Below, one piece after another: positions 11,401-23,128 of a stretch of DNA of 64,000 nucleotides. The notes under the pieces are model-generated. The model searched no databases. It saw only the letters and a program-made list of their open reading frames with translations, and was not told the origin of the DNA. Source of the stretch: Felis catus (lineage: Eukaryota); assembly GCF_018350175.1 (NCBI RefSeq), contig NC_058368.1, forward strand, positions 107,386,001 to 107,450,000. The letters are read 5' to 3'. Each line of letters starts with the position of its first letter. Position 1 is the stretch's first letter. Position numbers and translations under genes: made by a program.

Positions 11401-13312
11401 AAAAAGACAAGTCGCCAAGCTTACCCAGTGGCAGAGGTAGTGCAAGCCTATTGGACAACCCTGAACAACAGGCTTTTTTCAGTGGATGGGGAAATCAGAC
11501 AACTTTCTGTATGAGTTATCATCTTACTGAGTCCTCTGTAATGAATGCCTGAAGAAGAATTGATTGATAGCACAAAGCAAGAACGTGTAGAAGCAGCCAA
11601 GTAAGTGGTTGAAGAGGGAGTCTGAGGAAACAATATTCATAGGAAGCGAGGAGTGCTGGCAATCGGGGCCCCTGGGAAGATGCCATAACAAGATTTGGCC
11701 CAGAGCTGTGTCATTAAAAATCTTTTTAGGTGACTCCTTGGCAGAAGTTCCTTCGTTTCCTGTTTCCTGCAGGTATCCAAGCTGGGCCTTTCAAGAGGCT
11801 GATGTCATCTCAATAGTCATGTCATCTAAAGAGCAACCAGGAGCACTATGAAAAACAGTAAAAATAAAACCATGTATTGTCTCTATTTGAGTGTCTGATC
11901 TAATTAAGAAGCTTTGCAAGTTCAAGAACTTCACAGTGCTACCAGGAAGATTTGCATGTGGCTGATGACTTTTGTGTACCTTTCTGCTGTCTCCATCATA
12001 GGTTCATCGTGCATCTGGTCACATCTCCTTACTGTCTCTGTGCTACCAGTCAAGTCATGGGAGAGAACATAGGGCATAGCTCATTTCGTGGCCCCACGTT
12101 CATGAGGTTCTTCAGTTAACTACTCTAAATACAGTCAAGATGAAGTTCATGTTTAGAACAACCAACCAGAAACTCAGGGTAGTAATTTTAAGTAGTAAAC
12201 ACTGTGTGGACCTTTGACAATTCCAGTTTAAGTGGACTATCTTTTCTTTTGTTAAAAGGGAAAACTTTCTTCCCATGTGTTTTTGGAAATTGCTGATTAT
12301 TGTGTTTAGCTATCTAAATTGTCTATAAAGCCAAATCAGTTTTTGCTACAGTTATTATCAGTAGAGTACTAAAATATAGATATATCTGGGTTTTTCAATA
12401 GCTAATTGCTTTCTATAACTATTTTAAAAATGAATATGATTTTAATAGAAAATTTTGCTTTTAGTAATATTTGATGTTTCATTGTATTGAAGATAATGGG
12501 CATACTTGTTTTTAAAAGGGGATGTAAGTCTGCTGAAGATTTGAACTTCATTGTTTCTGAAATGTGTACTTACTGATTAATTCAATTTTGAATCAAAGTA
12601 ATTTATCACTTTTATAAATTAAATGACTTTCTCTTTCCTCTGAAACAATGAAGTTGTTAATCTAATGGTGCTGCAATATAATGATCTCTTTCAAAAGAAC
12701 ACTCTAGGCAGTTTAATTCTGATATGCTGCCAGAACCCAGGAAATTTGATTAATTTACAATATGCATATAAGTGACCTGTAAAATTATGACCAAAAAAGC
12801 ACTCTAACTTGCCAAACTGATTGGCTTTTCATTATCTGTCCAAAATATCGTTTGAATAATTTTGATAATAGTATAAAGAGATCTTTATAGACTCTTATCA
12901 TGATGCAATTCCTCATGATTTTGTCTGTGATTGTTATAAATGTTATTGACAATGATAGAGACCATTTTGGCAATTGCCATATGTCAGGCATTATTTTTAA
13001 AAACTGAGACTGAGTAGTACTGAAGGACATTACTTTGGATTCACACGAACCATGTTTTTCATTATAACTTTAAGGAGTATATCTTTATTACATTACATAG
13101 TCACCAAAATAAAGCTTATTCATGTCTTTTTCAGGCAAAACCTTCTGTAACCTCTGAGAACTCAGTTTCCATGTTTGAAAAACGAAGATGGTAACACCGA
13201 TTACATAGGAATATTATTATGATAGGGAATTTATGCACAGCACTAAGCAGAGTTTTTGGAAAATTAAATTAGTGAAAAGCAGATCAAATCTACTTAAAAA
13301 AACTTAAGTTCA

Positions 13313-13471
13313 GGGTGCCTGGGTGGCTCAGTCATTTGAGTGTCTAACTTGATTTCAGCTCAGGTCATGATCTCATGTTTCATGGGTTCGAGCCTTGCGT
13401 CTGGCTCCACACTGTCAGAATCCCTGCTTGAGATTCTCTCTCCCTTTCGCTCTTTGCTCACACCCCCTCTC

Positions 13472-13526
<55 letters not shown>

Positions 13527-13527
13527 A
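13313..13527 (+). mobile_element. CanSINE with (TAAA)n tail
   Basis: SINE head; tail expanded into a (TAAA)n microsatellite ~13473-13526; TAAGTTCA on both flanks. Confidence 0.93.
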
Positions 13528-13926
13528 GTAACTAAGTTCAAAAGCAATTACTTGCGGAAAAAAAAAGCATTTGGGCTTGAATTGTTCAAATAATAATACT
13601 AATATTCCATTTCAGTTATTTTACATATATGTGGCATTTGGCAAGTTGGCAGTTTTAAAGTTTTAACTTCTAGAATTTATTTGTGTTGAATTATATGCTG
13701 AAGACTCATCCTGCTCAGTAGTTTTAAGTTGGTTCATCATACATGTGCTGCCTGGAGAGGTCATTATATATTTTGGGGAATAACTTGTTTGGCTATCCTA
13801 CATATAGTTAATCATTAAAATACTTGAAATAATTATTAATAAGCTTCTACATGCTAAGATTGAATACTGAAATTATATTACTATACTTTTCAGTGTGATT
13901 TTACTAACATAATTCCATTGAAATTC

Positions 13927-14363
13927 AAAATTACTGAGATGTAGACAGATATATATGTATATACTTTTTTTTTTTAATTTTTTTTTTCAACGTTTATTTA
14001 TTTTTGGGACAGAGAAAGACAGAGCATGAACGGGGGAGGGGCAGAGAGAGAGGGAGACACAGCATCAGAAACAGGCTCCAGGCTCTGAGCCATCAGCCCA
14101 GAGCCCGACGCGGGGCTCGAACTCACAGACCGCGAGATCGTGACCTGGCTGAAGTCGGACGCTTAACCGACTGCGCCACCCAGGCGCCCCATGTATATAC
14201 TTTTTTAGAGGAAAACATTTTCTGGTGTTCAGAAAAATAACAGTTGGTATAAGTTACTTGAGAACTAAGAAGCAAAGGTGACTAATTGGCTCCGTATGCA
14301 AAGCTCTTATCCCATTGTTTATGGGATTCTGCTTCTTTATCCTTGGAAAATTACTGAGATGTG

Positions 14364-14418
<55 letters not shown>

Positions 14419-14552
14419 GTTTACGAGGAAAAATTTTCTGGTATTTAGAAAAATAACAATTGGTATAGGTTACTTGAGAACTAAAAAGCGTAGGTGACTA
14501 ATTGTCTCCATATGCAAAGCTCTTATCCCATTGTCTGCTTCTTTATCCTTGG
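13927..14552 (+). repeat. Local tandem duplication (~185-205 bp unit, 2 copies)
   Basis: Copy 1 at 13927-14346 (contains a SINE) and copy 2 at 14347-14552 both run AAAATTACTGAGATGT...GAGGAAAA..TTTTCTGGT..AGAAAAATAACA..TGCAAAGCTCTTATCCCATTGT...CTGCTTCTTTATCCTTGG. Confidence 0.92.
13970..14190 (-). mobile_element. Young felid SINEC_Fc with TSD
   Basis: CpG-rich, near-consensus (GAGCCATCAGCCCAGAGCCCGACGCGGGGCTCG...CTGCGCCACCCAGGCGCCCC); TSD ATGTATATACTTTTT at 13955-13969 and 14191-14205. Confidence 0.97.
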
Positions 14553-16446
14553 AAGACAGGTATGGGAAGAGAATGAAATTCTATGAGAAAGGAAACAAAC
14601 AAAAAAGAGGATAAAATTTTGCATTTATCATTGAAGAGTTATCAATAAAACTATGAACCATGGTACTATCAATATGTATGTAGTAAGAATATATGTCTTT
14701 TGGTTCTATTGACAGGCTCTCTAATTAGAACAGAATTCCTTTCCTATTCTCTTCCCATACCATTATTTACTTGGTAATTATAGATATCTGAAAATCAGAG
14801 GCCCTCAATACAAAATCCTAAACATGAGAAATTACATTATGGCATATTACACAAATTACCTTATTATGTTTTGCACTTTTGATTTCCACTTTATAATTTT
14901 TGACTTCCATGAAGATTTCAGAGTTTTATAAATTGAAATACCTACTATATATGAGCAAAACTGGGACTGCCATCAAGCAAACAGGAGCAATTACACTAAT
15001 CAGTCACAATTTTTCTTAATAACGTGCTCTTTTTCTTTTCATTCTCTTGTTGGAATATGCTGGTTTTGGTCTTTAATCATGTATAAATAGAATTAGTGTG
15101 AGAAGAAAATTTTCTCATATTTTAAAATAAGTTTTAATGAGCATTGAAATATTTCCACCTGTCACAATAGACCAATTAGACATGGTCATTTGTCTTAACT
15201 ATTTTATTTCAACTATGCATGGAAGTACTAACAAAATTTAGACACAAATTGAAGTCATTAGGATTTAGGGATATACTAGAACTTTGGCCTTTATGAAACT
15301 TAATTAGCAAAATTAAATGATATAAAATCTGTGACTCTACAGAAGTACCAAATGCAAGGAATCCTGTAGACCTGTATATTCTGAATGTCTTAACTGTGAC
15401 TAGATGCCTTTCTATTCATATCATTAAAGACTGGAAATAGATGTCATCCTTGTATTGTAATGACCTTTTTTCCTTAAGGAAAAACTCTCTATTAAAATAG
15501 TTATGTAAAAACTGAAGACAATTAAACAAAGCTTTAAAAAGTGATGGAATACTTTAGGAAATTAAGAGAAAGGAACAAACTAAATTCCAGGCTTAGTGGG
15601 ATAAATTGTTTTGGGTTTCTCTTGTTGCTAGCCTAAAAAACTAAATTTGGGTGTTGTAGAGTTTTCCATCAGCTTACATATATGACACTGTTTTGCATCT
15701 GATATCATATTTGGGGGCAGTAACATTAACTGTATCAGGGTTGAAGAATATATTGGAAAAATAGAACACAGTTCTTGGGGTAAGCATTACACTGTCAAAT
15801 AAATCAGTTAAAGAAAAAGATCTAATCTGTCAAATGTGAAAAAAACAAAATCATTATTCTTTATTGTCAGTTTTTTGTCAATTGATTGGTTCATTTAAAT
15901 TCAGGCTAAAGAAGAAACAAATGAAAGAAAAGCTGCAGGAGCTGTAAAAGAATTTCCAACTCATCAGGAGAGGTAAGTGAATGCAATGAAAATAAATAAT
16001 ATCTTGAAAGAGAAAGAAATGGACACTTTTGCAGAGCCTGGGTGATGCTAAATAAAATTTACATTTTATAAAAGTGCAGTGTACAGCAAGATTTATAATT
16101 TACAAGTTGGGGGAAAGTAAAAAGAAGAGAAATACATATTATTGATGGCATCAGCTCCTAAGGAAAACGTCGGTGATGATTTTGGTGTGTATCCATGCAT
16201 AGGCTGTGGTTTACCTACATAATCAAATTTTGTATGTGAATTTTTGTGCTAAGTTTTATTAATTTATCATTATAACAGTGTAAGATTTTCATGTTACTTT
16301 AAGTGTAATAAGCATCTTTAATTCCTGCACAGTACATCTTTTAGGATGTCCGCAAGGGTAATGTGGTCATTCTTTGATATTTAGATTTTTTTCTCATTAC
16401 ACAAAAATAAATAATGATAGATAGATAGATAGGATAAATTCATTAG

Positions 16447-16665
16447 AGGGTGCCTGGGTGACTCAGCTGGTTAAGTGTCCTGCTTCAGCTCAGGTCATGA
16501 TCTCATGGTTTATGGATTTGAGCCCCATGTCGGGTTCTGTGTTGACAGCTCAGAGCCTGGTGCCTACTTCAAAGTCTGTGTCTCCCTCTCTTTCTGCCCT
16601 TCCCCCTTCTCTGCTCATGCTCGCGTGAGCGCGCGCTCTCTCAAAAATAAATAAATGTTAAAAAT
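16447..16665 (+). mobile_element. CanSINE with TSD
   Basis: TSD TAAATTCATTAG at 16435-16446 and 16666-16677. Confidence 0.95.
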
Positions 16666-16702
16666 TAAATTCATTAGTGTAAATACCACAATGTTATGTT
16701 TC

Positions 16703-16956
16703 TTTTTTTAAAAAAAATGTAATGTTAATTTATTTTTGAGAGAGGGAAAGAGAGAGCACACGCATTAGCGAGCAACTGAGCGTGGGAGGAGGAGGGCAGA
16801 GAGAGAGGGAGATACAGAATCCAAAGTAGGTTCCAGGCTCTGAGCTGTCTGCACAGAGCCGGATAGATGCAGGGGCTCGACCTCAAACTCATGAACCATG
16901 AGACCATGACCTGAGCTGAAGTCAGATGCTTAACTGAATGAGGCACCCAGGTACCA
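16703..16956 (-). mobile_element. CanSINE
   Basis: Reverse-strand SINE body GAGACCATGACCTGAGCTGAAGTCAGATGCTTAAC...CACCCAGG. Confidence 0.93.
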
Positions 16957-19817
16957 CCACATTTCTTGATATACTTGTTCCTTGGTGCTTTTGGAAGATG
17001 TGCCCTGTAATCACTAGTGAATGCAGGTACCTATATTGATATGCTATTTAATATTAGGATTTTTTATTCTTGGTTATTGGTATAAAAACTAAACCATCAG
17101 TGATCAGTTTCATGATTAGGTCACCAGGAGTATTTCCATCTTAAAATGTGTCATATTAAATTTCATCATTCATAAGTAGTCTATTCTCTGTTTTGTCCAT
17201 CAGTCTATGGAGGAACACTCTCGACTTACACCTTTATACTTCTCAGTCACCTGTATTCTGAGACTTTTCCCTGGGAAACCTGAGTTTACTAATTTGACTA
17301 ACCTTAACTTCCAATCTTGTTTCTAATTTACAGTAGATTATAATAATACTTGTTATTTATTCAGCTTCTAGTACTGCCCCAGGGCCTGTCAAGTCCATCC
17401 GGATAAATTCTTAATAACATGAAGTGGGACTCCTACAAATTCAAATATATATAGTTAAATCTTCCTATTTTCTTTCCCCAAAACAGAAAAAAGACAAAAA
17501 AGAAAATCATCCATTTTGATCTTTGTCTAACTTTAGCTTTGTTTTGTTTCATTCAACTCTTTCTAGAAAACATGCACCTACAATTACTAATAGAAGTAAT
17601 ACTCCTGCTTAAACATATTTTTAAAATTTTGATTTCTCCTTAGCCATCTTGGAAACTTTATTAGATGCCCCACCCCACCACCCTCACATACATATTAGGA
17701 GACAAGGAGACAAGGAAAGTCCTTTTGCTTAAGTGAAGAATCTCTAAAAGGTCATGTGTTCTCATAAGAAGAATTTTTATGGTGCCTTTGAAGTAAACAT
17801 TCTGGTGAAGTACAAGGATCTTCAAGAAATAGTAGCAAACAGATCAGATTTCAGCATTAATAAAGCAGGGGTCAAAGTCTAATTGCATCTAAATTCAAAT
17901 TTTACGAGTGGCACCAGTGACATTTCTTTGGCCTCTTCTGAAGGCAGTGGGTGTTGTTCAGATTGTTAGTTTTAATTTGTTCAGATGTGTTTTCATTACC
18001 AATTGGTACAGAGGTGGCAAAGGGAAATGATCTCTGGAGGAAGAACAAATGGTGAAATGTGTTTTTTGAGTCTCTTCCAGTGGCAACCAGTTTGATACCC
18101 CTTAGGAAATGTTTCTTGACAAAAATTATAAGAAAAATACCAACATTTGATTTCCAAATGTTTGACAAAATGGAAACCCTTTTGTTTGCCAGGAAAATAG
18201 AACCAATGGACCCTTTAATCTCAATATTTAATGGAGTTTTAAGAAAAGTTTATAAAGGAGAGAATATGTAAATTGTGCCCCAAATAGTCTGTAAAGTCAA
18301 TCTAACTAACAGACACTCTGGGTTTGTCAAGATCTACATTATTTTTTTTTGAAGTTTGGGTTTTTTTTTTTAAATTTTCTATCTTTCCTGCCTTTTACTA
18401 ACTCATTAAGTTTTCTTTGTTCTTTTCTCTTTATTCTGGTTGTTTGGAAATTAGGCATTTAAACATCTTTTGGTGGTTGGTAGAGATAAACACATTTTAA
18501 ATATATTAATTTTGATATCAAGCTAGCCTGAAATTGTGCAATTTCCAAACAGTTCAATAAAATAAATTTAACACATGGAACTAAAATTACTGTCACCAAT
18601 TTTTGGAGTCTTTTCTTTTTCCAAGAAAATGTTAATGAGAAAAGTGGCAGAAAGAAAAGTGACCACAACAATTGGCAGATTTAGTTATTTTTCTAGCTTT
18701 TAAAGTTTATTTTAAACACGAAAGGCGAAAATATAGGCCAAAAACAAGCACCACCCAACCAATAAAGCACATTTTAAAAAAATCCCAGTGACTTCAGTCC
18801 TCTGTTATTTTATTCATCTTGCCCCTTTTTCTTTCATTTCCTTCTCTATTACACTCACTAATAACAAATAAACAAGGTCTACTAACTGAATGTGATTCAA
18901 GATAAAGCTTTTTCCATAAATCATAAATCACTTAATATCATTCTGCAAAGTGCCTTTATTTGCTCTATTTAACATCTGACTAAGAATGTTCACTTTTATA
19001 AGTCTGATAAATATTTGGCACCAATAGAAAGCTATTTCATTTGAAATTTTATTGGATTTCACGTTAGCATTTCCTAGACCCTCATTTATCCAGTCAATCC
19101 GTAATTAATTAGTTCATTTCACTTGAGTCATCATAAACCCAGTTCTCTTGTTCCCAGTATACTTGATAAACCTTGAAGCTTTGCAGGTGAGTTATTCAGC
19201 GCTTACCGCCAGGGTGTTCACACAGTTCTGCTTTTTCTCCTGTCAGTGTGATATAAAATCTATCCATGGCCCTCTTTTGTTTTTAATACCATATTGGATG
19301 GTAATCCTTTGTGGTTAAAAAAAAGAAAGAAAGAAAAGAAAAAAGGACATTTCAAGATGCCATTATTAAGTCCACATGATGAATATTTACTGTTGTTGCT
19401 ATTTAGATGTCTCAGAGGATATTCAAATTAATTTGATGTAGCATGGGGAGACTAGAAAACAACATCTTTAGTCTTGGAAAAAACATTGATTAAAATAACT
19501 AAAATCAAACACAAGCCAAAAAAGGGACAGAAAGGGTAACACTTTCTCACAAACTTGTTTTGGAAATTTCTACCAAAAAATTCTGACCATTAGTCAGCAG
19601 AGCAATGTTTTTCAGATTTTTTTGGATTCTTATATATTCACCCAATAAAATCATGCTTTTATTTGTTTTTGAAAGTTGGTACATGATGACAGATTTGTTC
19701 TTCTAGCAGGAACAGTATTTTCCTGGGTTTCATGCTCCTTCACTTCTTGTTACACTCATTTATAATTATCAGGGAAGCACAAGGTAAACGAATGTGACTT
19801 AAAAATTATAAGTTATA

Positions 19818-20001
19818 GGGGTGCCTGGGAGGTTGAGCATCTGACTCTTGATTTTAGCTCAGGTCATTATCCCAGGGTTATAGGATGGAACCCCACATCA
19901 GGCTCTGTGCTGGGCATGGAGCTTGCTTAGGGTATTCTCTCTCTTTCTTTTGCCCCTCTCTCCTGCTCATGCACTCTCACTCTAAAAAAAAAAAAAAAAA
20001 A
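19818..20001 (+). mobile_element. Older CanSINE
   Basis: GGGGTGCCTGGG...GACTCTTGATTTTAGCTCAGGTCAT...CAGGCTCTGTGCTGGGC, poly(A) tail. Confidence 0.9.
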
Positions 20002-20869
20002 GTATTAATTGGAAGGGCCTCCAAACTGATAGAAATGTTGAGCCACTGCCAAAAATGTAAATAAAATTGTGCCCCTGCTGCTTAAAATTCAGTGCAAATG
20101 TTAGAATGTTAGGCTTTGTTTTCAGTTATTGAATAAACATTGCCTGAATATGTAGAAAATCCTGTGCATACATTGGGAATAGAGAAATGAATAAGTCATG
20201 CATTCCATTCTCGAAGAGTTCAATGTAAATGTAGGGAAATATTCATCCAAGTTTTAGTCTAAGTTAGAAATTTGGTACCATACTTTTATAGTCCCTTTTA
20301 TTTGCATAACTTCAATTTTACTTCCTGTAGAGCATCACAAATTAAACTGATTTCACCAACTGTTCTTCAGGCAACTAAATATTGTGATGGTCTTTTCCTG
20401 AACCCATCATCCATGGCCAGTTTTCTTTTAAATGTACAGTTGGAGTTACTCAAAATTGTACTTAATGATTATCTGATTGAGATGGCACATTGAAAATGTG
20501 GCATTACCATTTCTCCCTGTCTCCAAATTCCTTTTGAAATAACAACGAGTAACTAGAAAAAAAAAAGCTAACAGGAATAGTTGTTTTTTGAGGAACCTTC
20601 AGTTAACAGTAAAAACATGGTTTGGGATTGATAGGTAAATTTAAAACAAAGTCACTGGAGACCATGTACACAATGCACATACCTCCTGCTGAGATGAGGA
20701 TTGGTTTTCCTGCTAGAAATTCCAGATGTGGAGTTAAGGGGAGAATGTAGGTGATCACAGACCTTCCTGTCAGGTGTTGGGTAGGACATGCCATTTACAT
20801 TCTCAGAAACTCTCAGAATGGGAAATTTGACTCAAGCTTTATGATTCTCTGTATGTAAGAACATATATA

Positions 20870-21390
20870 CACATAATAATTTAACTTCTTCCTTTAAGAT
20901 TTAGATATAATTTATTCCTTTGCCTTGCCTTAATTGCTGTTAACTAGGACTTCTAGTACTTTGGTGAATGAGAGTGGTGTGGTATTCCTAGTCTTAGAGG
21001 AAAACTTTCAGTGTTTCACTGTTGACTATGATGTTAGCTGTGAGTTTGTGATATAGGACTTTTATTATGTTGAGTTATGTTCCATCTCTACCCAATTTGT
21101 TGACACTTTTTATTATGAAAGGAAGTTGTATTTTGTCAACTGCTTTTTCTGCATCTATTGAGGTGAACATGTGATTTTTAGATTTCATTTCATTAATGTG
21201 ATATACCACATTATTGATTTGTGGATTTTGCATCCCAGATAAATCTCACTTGTCCATGGTGTATGATCCTTTTAATATGTTGTTGAGTTCATTTTGCTTA
21301 ATTTTATTGTGAGTTTTTGTGTCTTTATTCATCTGGGATATTCACCTGTAGCTTTCTTTTCTTCTGCTGTCTTTGTCTGGTTTTGGTAAT
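20870..21390 (-). mobile_element. LINE-1 ORF2 (RT region) fragment
   Basis: AGGACTTCTAGTACT...ATGATGTTAGCTGTGAGTTTG...TGCTTTTTCTGCATCTATTGAG (antisense of SIDAEKA). Confidence 0.88.
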
Positions 21391-21875
21391 CTCAAGCCCA
21401 GGTGATACAGTAAACTAAGCAAAGTGGGCATTCACCTCACTGGGCATATGGGATAGAAGAAAACAAGTCACAGCCTAAGGTAATACCAAAATGAAAATAG
21501 AGAAAATAGTAAGAAAAGGCAGATGCATTTGGTGTTCTTCCCAGTATAAGTCATCCATTGTGTTAGCTATCTTAGAGGCCCCATTTTGAATGCCTACTCT
21601 CCATCTATTTATCTCAAAAAAAGTTCCACTTATACAGAGTCAATATTCATCCCTTTCATTATAAAGAATCCTGGTGGGTAAATTAGTTTCACAGTTATTT
21701 AAGCAATTCAAGTAACATACCTATGTCAGTTATTATAAATGTCTCTTTTTAAATCGTTTGATTCAGCTAAAACATTTTTGAGTCCATATGATACGACAAG
21801 CACTGATCTAGGCATGAGATACTCAGACATGAACAAACCAAACAAGGTGCTTGTCATCAAAGAGTTAAAATTTAG

Positions 21876-23070
21876 GCGCAGCAGTGGGGCAGGGGGGTGG
21901 GGGCACCGAGGCATGTCAGTTCACGGGGGCGCTCCTTCAATGGCAGCATGCAGCATCGGAACTCGGCCACAGGGGCGGGGAAGGAAAAGTGCGCCAGCGG
22001 TCTTGGCGCCCTCACCCCACCCAAGGGCTGTTACTGCCTCTGCTCACCCTCCCTCACCCTCCCTGGCTGGCGGGCTTCTGGTGTGGCGGTCTCTGATGGT
22101 GTCATCAAAGTGTTCAATGACATGAAGGTTCGTAAGTCCTCAACACCAGAGGAGGTAAAGAAGCGCAAGAAGGCGGTACCCTTCTGCCTGAGCGAGGACA
22201 AGAAAAACATCATCCTGGAGGAAAGCAAGTAGATCCTGGTGGGTGATGTAGGCCAGACTGTAGACGACCCCTACGCCACCTTTGTCAGGATGCTGCCAGA
22301 CAAGGACTGCCACTATGCCCTCTATGATGCCACCTACGAGACCAAGGAGAACAGAAGGAGGACCTGGTGTTTTATCTCCTGGACACCTGAATGTGCACCC
22401 CTTAAGAGAAAAATGATTTATGTCAGATCCAAGGACGCCATCAAGAAGAAGCTGACGGGGATCAAGCATGAATTACAAGCATACTGCTACGAGGAGGTCA
22501 AGGACCGCTGCACCCTGGACGAGAAACTGGGGGCAGCGCCATCATCTCCCTGGAGGGCAAGCCTTTGTGAGCCCCCTCCAGCCCCCTGCCTGGAGCATCT
22601 GGCAGCCCCAGACCTGCCCGTGGGGGTTGCAGGCTGCCCCCTTCCTGCCAGACCCAAGGGGCTGGGGGGATCCCAGCAGGGGAAGGACAGTCCCTTCACC
22701 CCAGTTGCCAAACAGCCTCCTCACCCCCTGGACCTTCCTCCTACCTCCATCCCTGACAGTTCTGGACTTCCCAAACTGCTTTTAATCTTCTCATTCCTCT
22801 TGGGTTGAAGCAGACCAAGTTCCCCCCCCCCCAGGCACCCCAGTTTGGGGGGGGGCTGTATTTTTTTTAACGATACCCCAGTTCCCCACCTGTACCCCCC
22901 TTTTCCCATGCTGCCAACTTTTAACGGCAATAGTGACTGTGTTTGTCTGTTTAGTCCTGTGTATAAAAGGAATGTTGTGGAGATGACCCCTCCTTGCGCC
23001 ACTGGTTCCCTTCCCTTTTGCCCCTGGTCTTCGCCACTGATGGAGGCAGGAGAGTAAGGGACCTTCAATT

Positions 23071-23117
<47 letters not shown>

Positions 23118-23128
23118 AATAAAAAAAA
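21876..23128 (+). pseudogene. CFL1: Cofilin-1 processed pseudogene (retrocopy), disabled
   Basis: Intronless CDS homology 22074-22570 ([35 protein letters not shown]...GIKHELQ...EEVKDRCTL), CFL1-type 3'UTR, A-rich end, TSD AGTTAAAATTTAG at 21863-21875 and 23129-23141. Disabled by E54*(TAG 22230-22232), a -1/+1 frameshift pair at ~22352-22373, a -1 G at ~22529-22533 and a missing ATG. Confidence 0.97.
23073..23116 (+). repeat. (AC)22 microsatellite
   Basis: Perfect dinucleotide run at the retrocopy 3' end. Confidence 0.98.

Noticed and set aside
11483..11600. Plus-strand exon-like segment (TTTTTTCAG...CAA|GTAAGT)
   Set aside because: Stops in all three frames; at best non-coding, with no further support
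22239..22808. Longest ORF (189 aa), cofilin-like, as a functional CDS
   Set aside because: Starts at GTG after the premature stop, contains a frameshifted segment and reads through the -1 frameshift into the 3'UTR; it is a pseudogene artefact
22822..22856. C-run/G-run inverted repeat resembling a terminator hairpin
   Set aside because: It is part of the CFL1-derived 3'UTR with homopolymer slippage; bacterial-style terminators do not apply in this eukaryotic context
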